From: Laetmonice hystrix
Taxonomy: Eukaryota
Assembly (NCBI GenBank): GCA_965235115.1
Contig: OZ249436.1
Span: 19,842,001-19,906,000, forward strand
DNA: 64,000 nt
Direction: 5' to 3'
The notes under the pieces: model-generated
The model's database searches: none
The model's input: only the letters and a program-made list of their open reading frames with translations
Told to the model about the DNA's origin: nothing
Program-made: the position numbers and the translations under genes
Shown: piece after piece, positions 51,123 to 61,889 of the stretch
Position numbering within the stretch: the stretch's first letter is position 1
How the letters are laid out: each line of letters begins with the position of its first letter

Positions 51123-52004
51123 GAAGTGCAGTTAGTCATGACAGGCAAGTTCAAAAGTATCTGGTCAAGTGAACTGAACTGGGAAATGCACAAAACTGGA
51201 AAATTGAACTTTTTCCACTACCACCACTGAAAGACATTTCAATTTGTGATTTTTACCCCTACAGTAAGATCAATAACGACGACACCAAGAATGCCAACCC
51301 ATAAAGGCATGAAGGACAAATTTGTTCAGGATATATACAAATGTATATATACATGTATTCTCCCATGTCAAAAGTAATGATGGATTACACCAAACGGGAT
51401 TAAAGATTTTAAACAGAATGTGATGGCCGTTTGGTTCTTATTGAGTCAAACTTTTCAAACGGTTGAAATGTCCCTACCCTAATTTTTGTGTCAGAAAATT
51501 CAGCTGAGAGTTTCCCCAAATAAATACCCAAGGGTAGTGAATACGACTGTGGGAAAACCTTTGTGACTCCAATTTTAGAGACCAACGTCGTACACTGCCA
51601 TACAAGGCCAATGACTTGACTCTCCCCCCCCCCCCAAAAAAAAACAAATATCTACCCAGAAATACACTGGTCAGATGTAAAGGCCGATACAGGTAGACCA
51701 TGAAAATTGATAAACAGATAGGTGACATCAGGTGGCCAACACAGTGTTTTGTTTAAGAAGTATGCAAAGAAATGGATGTCAGATGATTTTTACATACCAG
51801 TACTCTTGGTGATAGAAGGTGCATTCACTCGGTACACTTTAGTTTCTTTAATATAATACTTTTTCAAAGGAGGGTTCAGGCTATTCATTGCTGTAATTTA
51901 CATCAGATCTTGGCATTCTCTGTCTGATGCTAGAACGCTCAGGATTATAGCACTACTAGGTAGGAAAGTCTGAAATGCTCATCCTCTACTTGCACATTTT
52001 GCAG

Positions 52005-52310
52005 ACTGGATGGAATTGCAAGAACCAGCGACAGTTCGTCAGTGGATACTCTGCTCAGTATGCTGTCATTGTGCAACAGGGAGTGTATCCTTCGATGCCA
52101 AAATCTGATGGATTTGGCGAAGCCAGAATACTTGGGAAGTGGACTAATCAATCCTGTGACTACTGTGGACGTCAGTGCAGGGGCGGTTGGGACATGCGCC
52201 GTCACATGTTGACACACACAGGGATTAAACCACACATCTGTAAACACTGTGGCAGTGCATTTTCTCGACTCGACAACTATAAGAGACACATGAAGCAGCA
52301 TGAAAACTGA
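52005..52310 (+). CDS. Alternative terminal exon G: 2 C2H2 zinc fingers
   Basis: Acceptor TTGCACATTTTGCAG| in phase 0. CDYC..DMRRHMLTH-TGIKPH-CKHC..RLDNYKRH. Confidence 0.87.
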   Translation, partial: TGWNCKNQRQFVSGYSAQYAVIVQQGVYPSMPKSDGFGEARILGKWTNQSCDYCGRQCRGGWDMRRHMLTHTGIKPHICKHCGSAFSRLDNYKRHMKQHEN

Positions 52311-52567
52311 AGACTTCAATCTCACTTTTATGTCATCAAATGGGTGGGTGTGATTGCCAACCTTTTGAGGTGCCGATTCTTAATGGTAGATTCGAAAAGA
52401 AATTCAGTAGGTGACTGTTGGGTCCTTTAGTGAGCTTAGTTGAACAGTGAAAGGGAGCTTTCCGCAGGATATCAGTGACTAGGTGCATTTGTTATCTTTG
52501 TCCCAACAAATAAATACCAGTCCCAAGGAGTTCTTGGTTATAAGTATTTCTCTTCAACTCCTTCCAG

Positions 52568-52945
52568 GCTAGTGACGTGCAGTTTGGCCAGAATTATTCT
52601 CCGCCCTTCCTTCATGATGTTGGAATACGGAAACATTCAAGAGCACGTCACGGAGACCAGTATGACCAGACTTACTTCTGTCATCTTTGTGGCAAAGGGT
52701 TTGGAACACGTGGCTCGCTTCGGCAACATGAGAAGTTTCACCAAGAGAAGCAACATAGATGCGACATTTGTGGCTCCTCATTTACCATGGCGGCCGACCT
52801 CCGCCGACATGTCCGTATCCACACAGGGGAGAAACCCTACGTATGTCAGACGTGTGGCGCCGCCTTCTCCCGAGCAGATAGGTACAGGACACACATCACC
52901 TGCATCCATCATGACACTGAGGAGACAGTCGCAGTTCAAACATAG
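52568..52945 (+). CDS. Alternative terminal exon H: 3 C2H2 zinc fingers
   Basis: Acceptor TTCAACTCCTTCCAG| in phase 0. CHLC, CDIC and CQTC fingers with a TGEKPY linker. Confidence 0.87.
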   Translation, partial: ASDVQFGQNYSPPFLHDVGIRKHSRARHGDQYDQTYFCHLCGKGFGTRGSLRQHEKFHQEKQHRCDICGSSFTMAADLRRHVRIHTGEKPYVCQTCGAAFSRADRYRTHITCIHHDTEETVAVQT

Positions 52946-53723
52946 CACATTCATGGAAAACGCTGTTAAAACAAAAACTGATAGTGTGGAGAATTACAAA
53001 GGTCTTTCTTCCCTCAAATTGAAACTCAATTCCTTTCTCACCAGAAGAAACCCCTATATTTGGTAATGTTTCTGAGGCATGTCGCCAGTAAAACAGAACT
53101 TGTGATGGTTGAGATATAGGAGACTAATCAGATGTGATAACTTTTTCATCCATATGCGACAACAGAATTATTGACCTCTCGGGGATAGGTAGACTTGGAG
53201 CTAATTTCAGCTCTACCCGGAGACTTTAGGAAAATAGGTGTGGTGTAAGCAGAATACGTAATAGGCCGATGCTGAAAACCAAGCCTGTGTTGGCTCTCCA
53301 CTAGGTGCCGTAGATAATACTATAGGAACCCTGCCTGTGTCAGTAATATCAAACCTGTTTGTACTTGAGAAATGTTAGATCACAAGAATTGCCTTACTGT
53401 GCCAAAGGATAGACCTGGGAAGGTGTCATCGTACCAATGTGGACTGCGATCTTATACAATTATGAGAAAGAATCTTTGTCTGAATAGGTTTCTTTTTCAA
53501 CAGTGACTATCACATAGATCACTTTTTATGTACGTTTGCACCCAATATAATACATACTGGGGGTTCCGTTGTTTCCATTTATGAGGTACTTCTTAGAACA
53601 GGTAGCATTTGGAACGTGATGCGTCTGTGTATATTGTATGGAACCAGTTGACACCAATTTCAAGCTGCAATAAATCTACAAATAGATAAAATTATGCATT
53701 ACTATTTGTTGACCATTTTCCAG

Positions 53724-54167
53724 ACGGTGGAAAAGGAGGACATCCCAGCAGATGGCAGGCACCGGGAGGCTGTTTGGATAAGTACTGGTGCCATAGAAGA
53801 CAAGTCTCTGGACCCTATTGGATCTTCACCTCAATTATCCCATCAGTATGGCAATGTTTCGATGATGCCTTATCGTTCTCCTGACAGCCCTCCAAATTAC
53901 CATGATTCCCAGAGTAAGCCACACCAGTCACGCAGTCATACGTGTGATGTGTGTTCCAAGGGCTTTAAGAGAATCAGCCACCTGCAGCGTCACAAACTAA
54001 CCCACACTGGAGAAAAACCGCACAAGTGCTCGGTGTGTGAGGTCCGCTTCGCTCGCACCGATAAACTGAAAAATCACATGACTACGCACCATCCCTTAGT
54101 TATGTCTTCACCCTCACGAGTCTACCGTCGTGACTACCTTTCGGAAATGAAGGATTTTAATGCTTAA
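53724..54167 (+). CDS. Alternative terminal exon I: 2 C2H2 zinc fingers
   Basis: Acceptor TTGACCATTTTCCAG| in phase 0. CDVC..RISHLQRH-TGEKPH-CSVC..RTDKLKNH. Confidence 0.87.
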   Translation, partial: TVEKEDIPADGRHREAVWISTGAIEDKSLDPIGSSPQLSHQYGNVSMMPYRSPDSPPNYHDSQSKPHQSRSHTCDVCSKGFKRISHLQRHKLTHTGEKPHKCSVCEVRFARTDKLKNHMTTHHPLVMSSPSRVYRRDYLSEMKDFNA

Positions 54168-55429
54168 ACGTGTGTCAGTTGGACACACAAGTGTACCTTG
54201 AACCTTGTCATGATTCGGTAGATTTTTTCATTTAGTGAGCAGTAGTGAACGATTGTGACAGTTGTCGCAATCTTTTAATTAGAACTAGAGTTTTTTTAGG
54301 ACAATATTATATGTTTGGAAAAGTCGCCAATTTACGTAGCTAGTGGGAGTCATTTGTTGACAGTATGTACGACCTAGAAAAAACTACCCAGATGAACACG
54401 TATGTACACGTCTTGGTACGATTGTTCATTGAAAACTGCATTGTAAAACAGCTTTTGATACATACACGCATATCTATTCTTCGCCAGTTGAGAATAAGGG
54501 TTGCTGGTTCCATGATGCCCTTTGTTTGTTTTGAAGAACTACATCTGAGAGAAGTTTCTGTTGGTTGTGTAAACACTACCGGCATTCTGTCAAGGTGACC
54601 TTCATTGAGATACACATGTATTACAGATGTGAATCTCTACGAAGAAGGAAGAAGAGAACCCACGTTTTAACCATTACGGATTGATATATTTCCCGGGAAG
54701 GCAATACAGAAAACTGGAGAGAATGCCCACCGATTCAGTGACAAACCATTGAGCAGTCCGCGACATTCTAAACTTGCACTGTTCTGAAATCTTAATCTTG
54801 ACTTTCCCATTGGTGAACATTTGAGACATCGTACTTACACATACCAGCCATCATTTCAGTCCAACCAGTATCAAGGGTACGTATAGGATTTAGTACCGTG
54901 TGTTTGATCTCTAAAAGTTTCCAAAAAATTAATATTAGGGACATGGTAGAGGGGGGCCGATTCTTGTCAAACAAGTTGGTCGTGTGATAGTTGGAATATC
55001 AACTATACTTTATTGATCCAAATTGGTTTTAGGACAATTACTAGAATGTCTGGAGATTTTGCTCGGACACTTTGACTCTTGTATCACAACACTCCTGGTA
55101 CATGTACATAGAATATCCTCATTACGTTAGCAATCCCTGCCACTTATTGAATAATGGGAAGGTGTACACGGTGTTAACATTCTGACGGTCATTTTCCCAC
55201 CATGGAAAGTTGGCCACTCTTCTGTCTGTTGCATGATGCCGAGCCAAACCTTCACAGAACAGACTTCTTTAGGAAATATTCTTAGAAAATTAAGGTGAGC
55301 CTTGCATGAATAAAATAAGGAAGAGGCACAGCTCATCGCTTGGCAGTGGAATGGCTTGAGGAGTGTTGCTGACCGTAAGTGTGGGAATTTTAACCTTTCA
55401 CAGAATGCCAATGTCTGCTGTGTTTGCAG

Positions 55430-55816
55430 AGGGTGATCAGTCGCCTACCATTGCACTCCTCCCGGTGGAGCACAAGCACCCCATACGTGATAGCGCCCGG
55501 CATGGCCCAGTCCGCTCAACAGTCTCCGGCAGCAAATACAACAGAGACGCCACTAAAATGTTTTGTCTGCCATGCCAAATTTGAGCTTCGCAGTGACTTA
55601 CGGACCCACATGAGGAGCCATTCGACAGCCCCAACCTATAGGTGCCCGTTCTGTCAATTGACATTCCTACGAGTAAACGATATGCAACAGCATGTCGCCT
55701 TGCATTCCGTGGAAAGGCCTTTCAAATGTGGGGGATGTAACGCTACTTACACAAGCACTGAACATTTGCAGAGGCACCAGGCAATGAACTGTCGGGTATT
55801 TCGGCAGAACCCATGA
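55430..55816 (+). CDS. Alternative terminal exon J: 2 C2H2 fingers plus 1 C2HC finger
   Basis: Acceptor CTGCTGTGTTTGCAG| in phase 0. CFVC..HMRSH, CPFC..HVALH-SVERPF-CGGC..HQAMNC. Confidence 0.83.
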   Translation, partial: RVISRLPLHSSRWSTSTPYVIAPGMAQSAQQSPAANTTETPLKCFVCHAKFELRSDLRTHMRSHSTAPTYRCPFCQLTFLRVNDMQQHVALHSVERPFKCGGCNATYTSTEHLQRHQAMNCRVFRQNP

Positions 55817-55900
55817 ATCATAAATAAGTATTTGGTTTGATACTAGGCCTAAGCAATTCCTTTGTAATCAATGATTGGAACCCAACAGGCAATATTTTTA

Positions 55901-56235
55901 GGGCATCAATAAACAGCGAACTGAACCAACTGCGCAAACTTAGATCGATTAGTCGTGCTACAAGCCTGTGACTTCAGGTATGACGTCACGGCCAGAAGTT
56001 AGTGCCTATTTTACAAAAATTTTGGGACTAAACTAACACTAACCCTAGGCCTATCCTTTACCCTAACCCAAACAAGCTGTTTCATGTCGGAATTAGTCAT
56101 AATTTAGGTCGGCTGTTTCCGTGTTGGTGTCAATAGCCAGTCCCTATCGGGAATCCCCCCCCCCCCAGGCGTAACTAATCGATCTGAGTTTGCTCAGTTC
56201 ATTCAGTTTGCCCAGTTCGCTGTTTATTGATGCCC
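55901..56235. mobile_element. MITE with 9-bp TSD (Mutator/MULE-like)
   Basis: TIRs GGGCATCAATAAACAGCGAACTG / CAGTTCGCTGTTTATTGATGCCC flanked by ATATTTTTA on both sides. Confidence 0.88.
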
Positions 56236-57287
56236 ATATTTTTACTAGTGACCAAAGAAAGATTCTGTAAACTAGGACATTTTCAGGGGCGTGTGGAACA
56301 GAAAGTTCGCAAATTCACCACCACAATGTGAAAATGGAAATGTCAAATTTTAGAATTATATGTATTTTAACATTTGGGGGATTATAATGAGAAGTCCGAT
56401 TGAGAAATTCACGAAAATTCCACGGTTTAGCTTTTAGCACCAGTTGTATATATTATGCCGTGGTTCACTGTTGCTATGAAACATAATTGCATGATGATAC
56501 ACCTAATTTATAAGACACAATCCTATGGAGAAATGGAAGAAATGCAGCCATTTGATTGACATATCCATTGTATATAAAGTTATTTTACACTGAACGTAGA
56601 TCTCAGCACAATTATTCTTGATGTGGTAACTTTGTGTACTGACATTACGGACAAAACTATTTCCTGATAGACATGCCTCTGTGCTATTAGTGTTTTACAT
56701 GATTACACATACGTATACCTGGTGACCATAAATAAAGATTATTCCTACATTTGTGACTGGTAGTACTCGTTATCTCAGCAGGTTTATGCCATCATCAACT
56801 GATACATTATGTTGCCCGCTTTACCCCGTTCATGAGTGTTCACACTTTGTTCACACACAAAGGTCGGTTCACACTTTGTTTACACAAAAAGGTCGATGAA
56901 CAATGACATGTAGGGAAAGTTACCGGGATTGGACCCCTTAAGGGAAAATACCGATGTAGGTTACAAAAAAAAGAGTTACCATCTAATAAGTCAGCACTTT
57001 GGTATTGTTGGGGCATGCAATATGTTTTGGTTCAACGCACTTTGCTACAAGTTTAATTGTTCAAGAGCAAACGGAATTTGTTTTTTAATGTCGATCTGGT
57101 CCAATCGTAGAACCAGCATCCGCGAATGGACCATATGTCACCATATATACATAGTTGGACAAATGAAGATATTATGTGAGGGATAGTCCACGCCCACGAA
57201 TGGGTCCATGCAGGTTATACGCCGAGGGCGATGCACGAGGCGTATAACCTGCATGGAGACATGAGGGGTGGCCATGGACTATCTCAC

Positions 57288-57497
57288 TTAAGCCCGGGAT
57301 ACACGAGGAGATTTTTCGCATGCGACAGTGTCGCATGCGACGAATCTTATCATGTAGACACCCTTGCGCCACCTTGCAACATGGTGCATGCGATTTTTTT
57401 TCTGTCGCATGGGATTGTTGCGTGCAGCAATCCTTGCGACAATTCGCATGCGTCAGAATCGCATGCACCTGGAATCGTACCGTCTAGCCGACCTTGC
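57288..57497. repeat. Degenerate MITE-like element rich in TCGCATGCGA palindromes
   Basis: Repeated GCATGCG/CGCATG motifs in both orientations. The termini are only weakly inverted. Confidence 0.4.
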
Positions 57498-58363
57498 ATC
57501 AACATCGCAAGTGACGACCTTGATGACCTAGGCCTACAGGTCTGGACACGTGGACGTCAACAAAAGTATTGCTGCTTTTTTCCTTCGCCTTGTAGTAGTC
57601 CGTGCCATGGTGTAACTTGTGAAAAGGGGTAACTTCGCTCGTGTAACTGCCACATGACATCCCACTCTACAAATAAATGCATGGCGAAGGCAAGTATATA
57701 TGGCGTCACTGAAAATAATGAATTATTCATTATCACATGAGGTGATCAATATAAATGACTAGAAATATTTGTAAATTTGCCATAGGGTGGCGCTTCCCGT
57801 CTCTTGTACTTTGTTCATTCGGAACACCTCAGCCCAAGTTTTGGTCGCTTCGCTAGTTGTGGTTTCGGACCTCGCAAGCTGTAGATATATGACAGAGATT
57901 CCACGGGTTTGGGCACATCACAACTCGCATAGTGCGCAAAGTAGTTCATAGATCGTCGGCATTTGGCCTGACGCAGGATTATTCATGGGGAAAGATGGAT
58001 AATTTCCAAAGATTTGTAGTCTCGATCGTTCTTAGCAGCCGCGACACATTCAGTTTTGCAGTATTTATGAAATCATACGACTTTACTAGCTTGCATCAAC
58101 ATAAGAAAGATGTCATATGCCCGAAGGAATCCCGAGGGAATCCCGAGGGAATCCCGAGTGAGACAGCGCATCCGTGGGACGAACGTTGACCTCTGTCTGA
58201 CGATAAACAATGCCAATAGGAATGTCACCATCTAAAAAGTATCTATAGAGACCTGAATAGATTTTCTTTGACGTTTAATCCACTTGTCAGAGGTATCAAG
58301 CAGAGATCTGCTTTTAAACAAGCCAGACACTGCTTGTCTTTCACCTTTGTCAGTGTGTCGGCC

Positions 58364-58473
58364 GTCGCCATTTTGACCACGTTGTGTCACGTGATAAAAG
58401 AAGATCCAACATGGTGACGACCTTGCGAGGGCCGAGAGGATCTGGCCCGGACAGTCCCGAGGTTGGCCGAATG
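58364..58473 (+). promoter_or_regulatory. Candidate internal CpG-rich promoter with a short ATG-containing exon
   Basis: CGCCATTTT (YY1-like, 58366), TCACGTGA E-box (58387), CAACATGG start context (ATG 58411), then 21 open codons ending at ATG|GTACTT (phase 0). Confidence 0.35.
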
Positions 58474-58527
58474 GTACTTTGTTGTGAAAGGTGTCAGCGG
58501 TACTAGGCTAATAAAGCCATGCTCACG

Positions 58528-58851
58528 GGGCATCAATAAACAGCGAACTGAGCGAACTGAGATCGTCTAGTTATGCCTCGGGGGATTCCCCATAGAGACT
58601 GGCTATTGACACCAACACGGAAACAGCCGACCTAAATTAGTTTGACTAATTCCTACACGAAACAGTGTGTTTGGGTTAGGGTAAATGTTAGGCCTAGGGT
58701 TAGTGTTAGTTTAATCCCAAAATTGTTGTTAAAATAGGCAATAACTTTCTGCCGTGACGTCATACCTGAAGTCACTGGCTTGTTGCATGACTAATCGATC
58801 TCAGTTCGCTCAGTTTCTTCTGTTCGCTCAGTTTGCTGTTTATTGATGCCC
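58528..58851. mobile_element. Second copy of the MULE-like MITE, inverted relative to 55901-56235
   Basis: Same TIRs, 9-bp TSD ATGCTCACG on both sides. The internal sequence is the reverse complement of the first copy. Confidence 0.88.
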
Positions 58852-60805
58852 ATGCTCACGTGCCACGGTTGTAGGGTAAAGCCAGGAATCCATTGTGTAC
58901 CAGGCCCGTAGGCTGGTCTGAAAATGGGTGGGTTACTTATCAGGGGCGGACCCAGGATTTTCAAAACGGGGGGGGGGGGGGGGGGGGGCTATGGATAAAG
59001 GGCATATTAACAGGGCCGTAGTTAGTAATGTCTGAGTGTGGGGGCAGTCAGGGGCAAATCCAGAAATTTGGTAAAGGGGATGTCCCCCATGGGTGCCAGC
59101 GCCGAAGGCGCGAAGCCATGAAGGCAGGGGCCTAGCTAGGGGCCCTTCCCCAGAAAAAAAATTAAATTACAGTGCCAAATACGCGATATAGACCAGCCTT
59201 TAGGGCTATAATAGGCCTAGACAATTGGACATTTAGATTTTAAATATCTTTCGTAAAATAAAAAAGGGCACTTGAGGGGGAGAGAAAAGGGCACATGGGG
59301 CGAGAGGGGGTGCACTGCTTAGGCCTATAGTGAAATGAGTTCCATAAATTTGCATGGGGTGGATTCAGAGCTGTTTCTTGACCATGCACTGATATTGAAA
59401 CTTGTTTCCAATAGGCCTACCAGTGGTTCCAACGTTTAAGAATGTGAAATGCACCAGCAAAGCCACTGTAGGGAGCACCATAGGCACGAAGCGTTTGTAC
59501 TAGGTGGTACGGGGGCATGCTCCCCCGGCAGGATTTTTTTTAAAACTAGGAGTGAAATGATGCATTCTGGGGGCATTTTGGCCATGTTTCAGAAATCTGA
59601 GAGCAAAATTTTACTGAGGCACAGTATACAAGGAATCTCTTTAGATTTTTAGATTGGGAAGTAACCCCCCCCCCCCCCCCCCCCAGTGGTTCTCGCCTCT
59701 TCTGAGATACCAGTGGCAGTGCAGTTCGGCCCCTGGTCAGGTCATATTGAATATTTGCGTGCTAGGGGGGTCTGAATCTGGGGTCCGGTACATGTTCCCC
59801 CAGAAAAAAATGAAAAATTGGAGGCCTAACAACCATACATCTGTGGTTTTTTTCAATTGGTGGGGCATAGGCCTATTTGTGCCCCCTCCTCCAACTGAAA
59901 AATCGGTCCCGCGCCCCAGCATGGGCAGACCTTTTTACCTTGACTATATAGGCGGACCTTGGCTGCCTCTGCGGGTAGGTTACGAGTAACCCAAGTAACC
60001 CCCCCAGCCTACGGGCCTGTGTACGTAGTGTGGGCGGAGTGCATAATGTGTTTTCATTGTTTTGATTACGCAATACGCACTACGGACACTGTTGATTCTT
60101 CTTGGATCCGTAACAAACCACAAGAGCTTGTCTGTTGAGGTTCCTATAGAGTATGTTTTATTCAGGGGTCTCTCGCCATACACACTAAGCACTTCATCTT
60201 TCAGTTGGATCTGTGCGATAAATCTGTCCTCATGTACCGTTATCAGACCGAACTGACAGTGTCAGTGATGTCAGAAGCAATTTTTTGAGGCCCCCAAGAG
60301 CATTTTAGGCTGTGTGCGTGGCAGCGGTAAAATAGAACACATTAGGCCCACTGAGATATGAATCGGCACGTGGGACCGGGGGGGGGGGGGGGCAAAACAT
60401 AGACTGGCATAGTCTGGGGGCATGGACCCTGTGGGGGGGGGGCGGGGGTGGCAAAACATAGTCCAGGGGGCATGGACCCTGCTGCCCCCCTTCTGCCATC
60501 ACTGACTGGTGCAATATAGTGTTTATCCCCATGTTGATAGTGGGAAAGCCTAAATAGGAACTAGGCCCCTATGCCTAGTTATTTTGCTTTGTGCTGTAAT
60601 CTCAACGAGTACAGACTCTAAATTTCAGTTGTGTAAAAGGAATGCCCGACTAATCTAGGCACAAATAACCAATGTTTAAAATAACACCATGACAGAAGGG
60701 CGACCATGGGAATGTTCACTCGTATTCAAGTGGAATGATTAAAGAAATGAATAGTTGGCAATTGATTTTTAACGGGCCGTCTTTCTGCTTGTGAAGGTCT
60801 ACCAG

Positions 60806-61198
60806 GAGGGCGGTTGGAGACCTGAAGGAGACGTAGGCCTAATCAACAAATTCAGAACAGTAGATGCTGAACGTAGTAACCAGTGGCGGCATCGCTGTCG
60901 TAGAAGGAGGACCAATCAACAAGGACGAGAGATTCGACAGATTGGTTTGGCCGAAAGACAAGAAATAATTCAGCGCATTGTGGAGGCTGGCGGTGATACG
61001 GTCACGGGAAAGGCGCCCCTAGGCACCCTGACACGGGTCGCCGAATTATATCACATCGGCAAGTCTACCGTGTTCAATATGTGGAAGTCTTATTGGAAGT
61101 TTCAGTCTTTAGAACATGACCCCCGAGTCTTACAGCGACTGAGCGATGGGCAAAACTGTACAAGGTCTGGTGAACCAGCCGGGACCGGAAATGTGTAA
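60806..61198 (+). CDS. Alternative terminal exon K: helix-turn-helix domain (paired/Tc1-type transposase DNA-binding-like)
   Basis: Acceptor GTGAAGGTCTACCAG| in phase 0. RRRTNQQGREIRQIGLAERQEIIQRIVEAGGD...TLTRVAELYHIGKSTVFNMWKSYW has an HTH pattern. Stop at 61198; no DDE domain follows. Confidence 0.62.
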   Translation, partial: EGGWRPEGDVGLINKFRTVDAERSNQWRHRCRRRRTNQQGREIRQIGLAERQEIIQRIVEAGGDTVTGKAPLGTLTRVAELYHIGKSTVFNMWKSYWKFQSLEHDPRVLQRLSDGQNCTRSGEPAGTGNV

Positions 61199-61571
61199 TG
61201 AGCTCACTGCCCTAGCGCGGCTTTAGCCTTGGCCTAGGCGGCTAAAATAACGGTCACTGCTTCTACCTCATCCATCTACTCTTGGTGCATGCTCGCTTCA
61301 AACTAATAGTTTGCACACGTCTACTTCATGTTCCATGGGGAAGTAATTATATTCAGAAAACTTTGTATGACTGTCAGGTCTACGGTGCATTTATTGAAAG
61401 TAGGCCTCTTCATATCCTGCTTATGGTAGACTTCTATTGTCGGTAGCCTACTGCAGAGCGTCATGTTCCTCATTTTAGTATTGCTGTATACTCTAGTCTA
61501 TATAGAGCCATGGTGCAGACAAGGATCAAAGACTTGTTTAATGACAAAAAGCTGTATTGCCAATGTTGCAG

Positions 61572-61889
61572 GCAAGAGGCAATTGGATGGAACCCACACA
61601 TCCCCAGATTAAAGTGGACTCCAGAGGGATGCAGAAATCACAAGTCTTGTTCAGCACGCATCAGGACCAAAGTATAAATTGTTCTGAGAGTCTGCAACAC
61701 CGAGTCATGAAAACGTTTGCCTGCCAAACGTGCGGCGCCACATTCGCAAACAAGAGTAACCTTCGGCGACACCTTCGGACTCACACGGGCGAGAAACCCT
61801 ATGTCTGTAGTGCCTGTGGTACAGCTTTCTCCCAGTCCAATAATCTCAAGGCTCATATACGGCGCGGGCACACCCAACTACCCAGTTAA
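61572..61889 (+). CDS. Alternative terminal exon L: 2 C2H2 zinc fingers
   Basis: Acceptor TTGCCAATGTTGCAG| in phase 0. CQTC..NKSNLRRH-TGEKPY-CSAC..SQSNNLKAH, with AATAAA at 61930. Confidence 0.87.
   Translation, partial: ARGNWMEPTHPQIKVDSRGMQKSQVLFSTHQDQSINCSESLQHRVMKTFACQTCGATFANKSNLRRHLRTHTGEKPYVCSACGTAFSQSNNLKAHIRRGHTQLPS

Noticed and set aside
44792..61877. Antisense-strand variable exons, as in mod(mdg4)
   Set aside because: Minus-strand ORFs here are shadows of the plus-strand ZF exons and show no DNA-binding motifs.
44799..61889. Reading the zinc-finger ORFs as independent single-exon genes or as consecutive exons of one poly-ZF protein
   Set aside because: ORF-track starts are mostly TTG/GTG lying inside splice acceptors. 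Every cassette ends in a stop, and all share the phase matching the single upstream donor.
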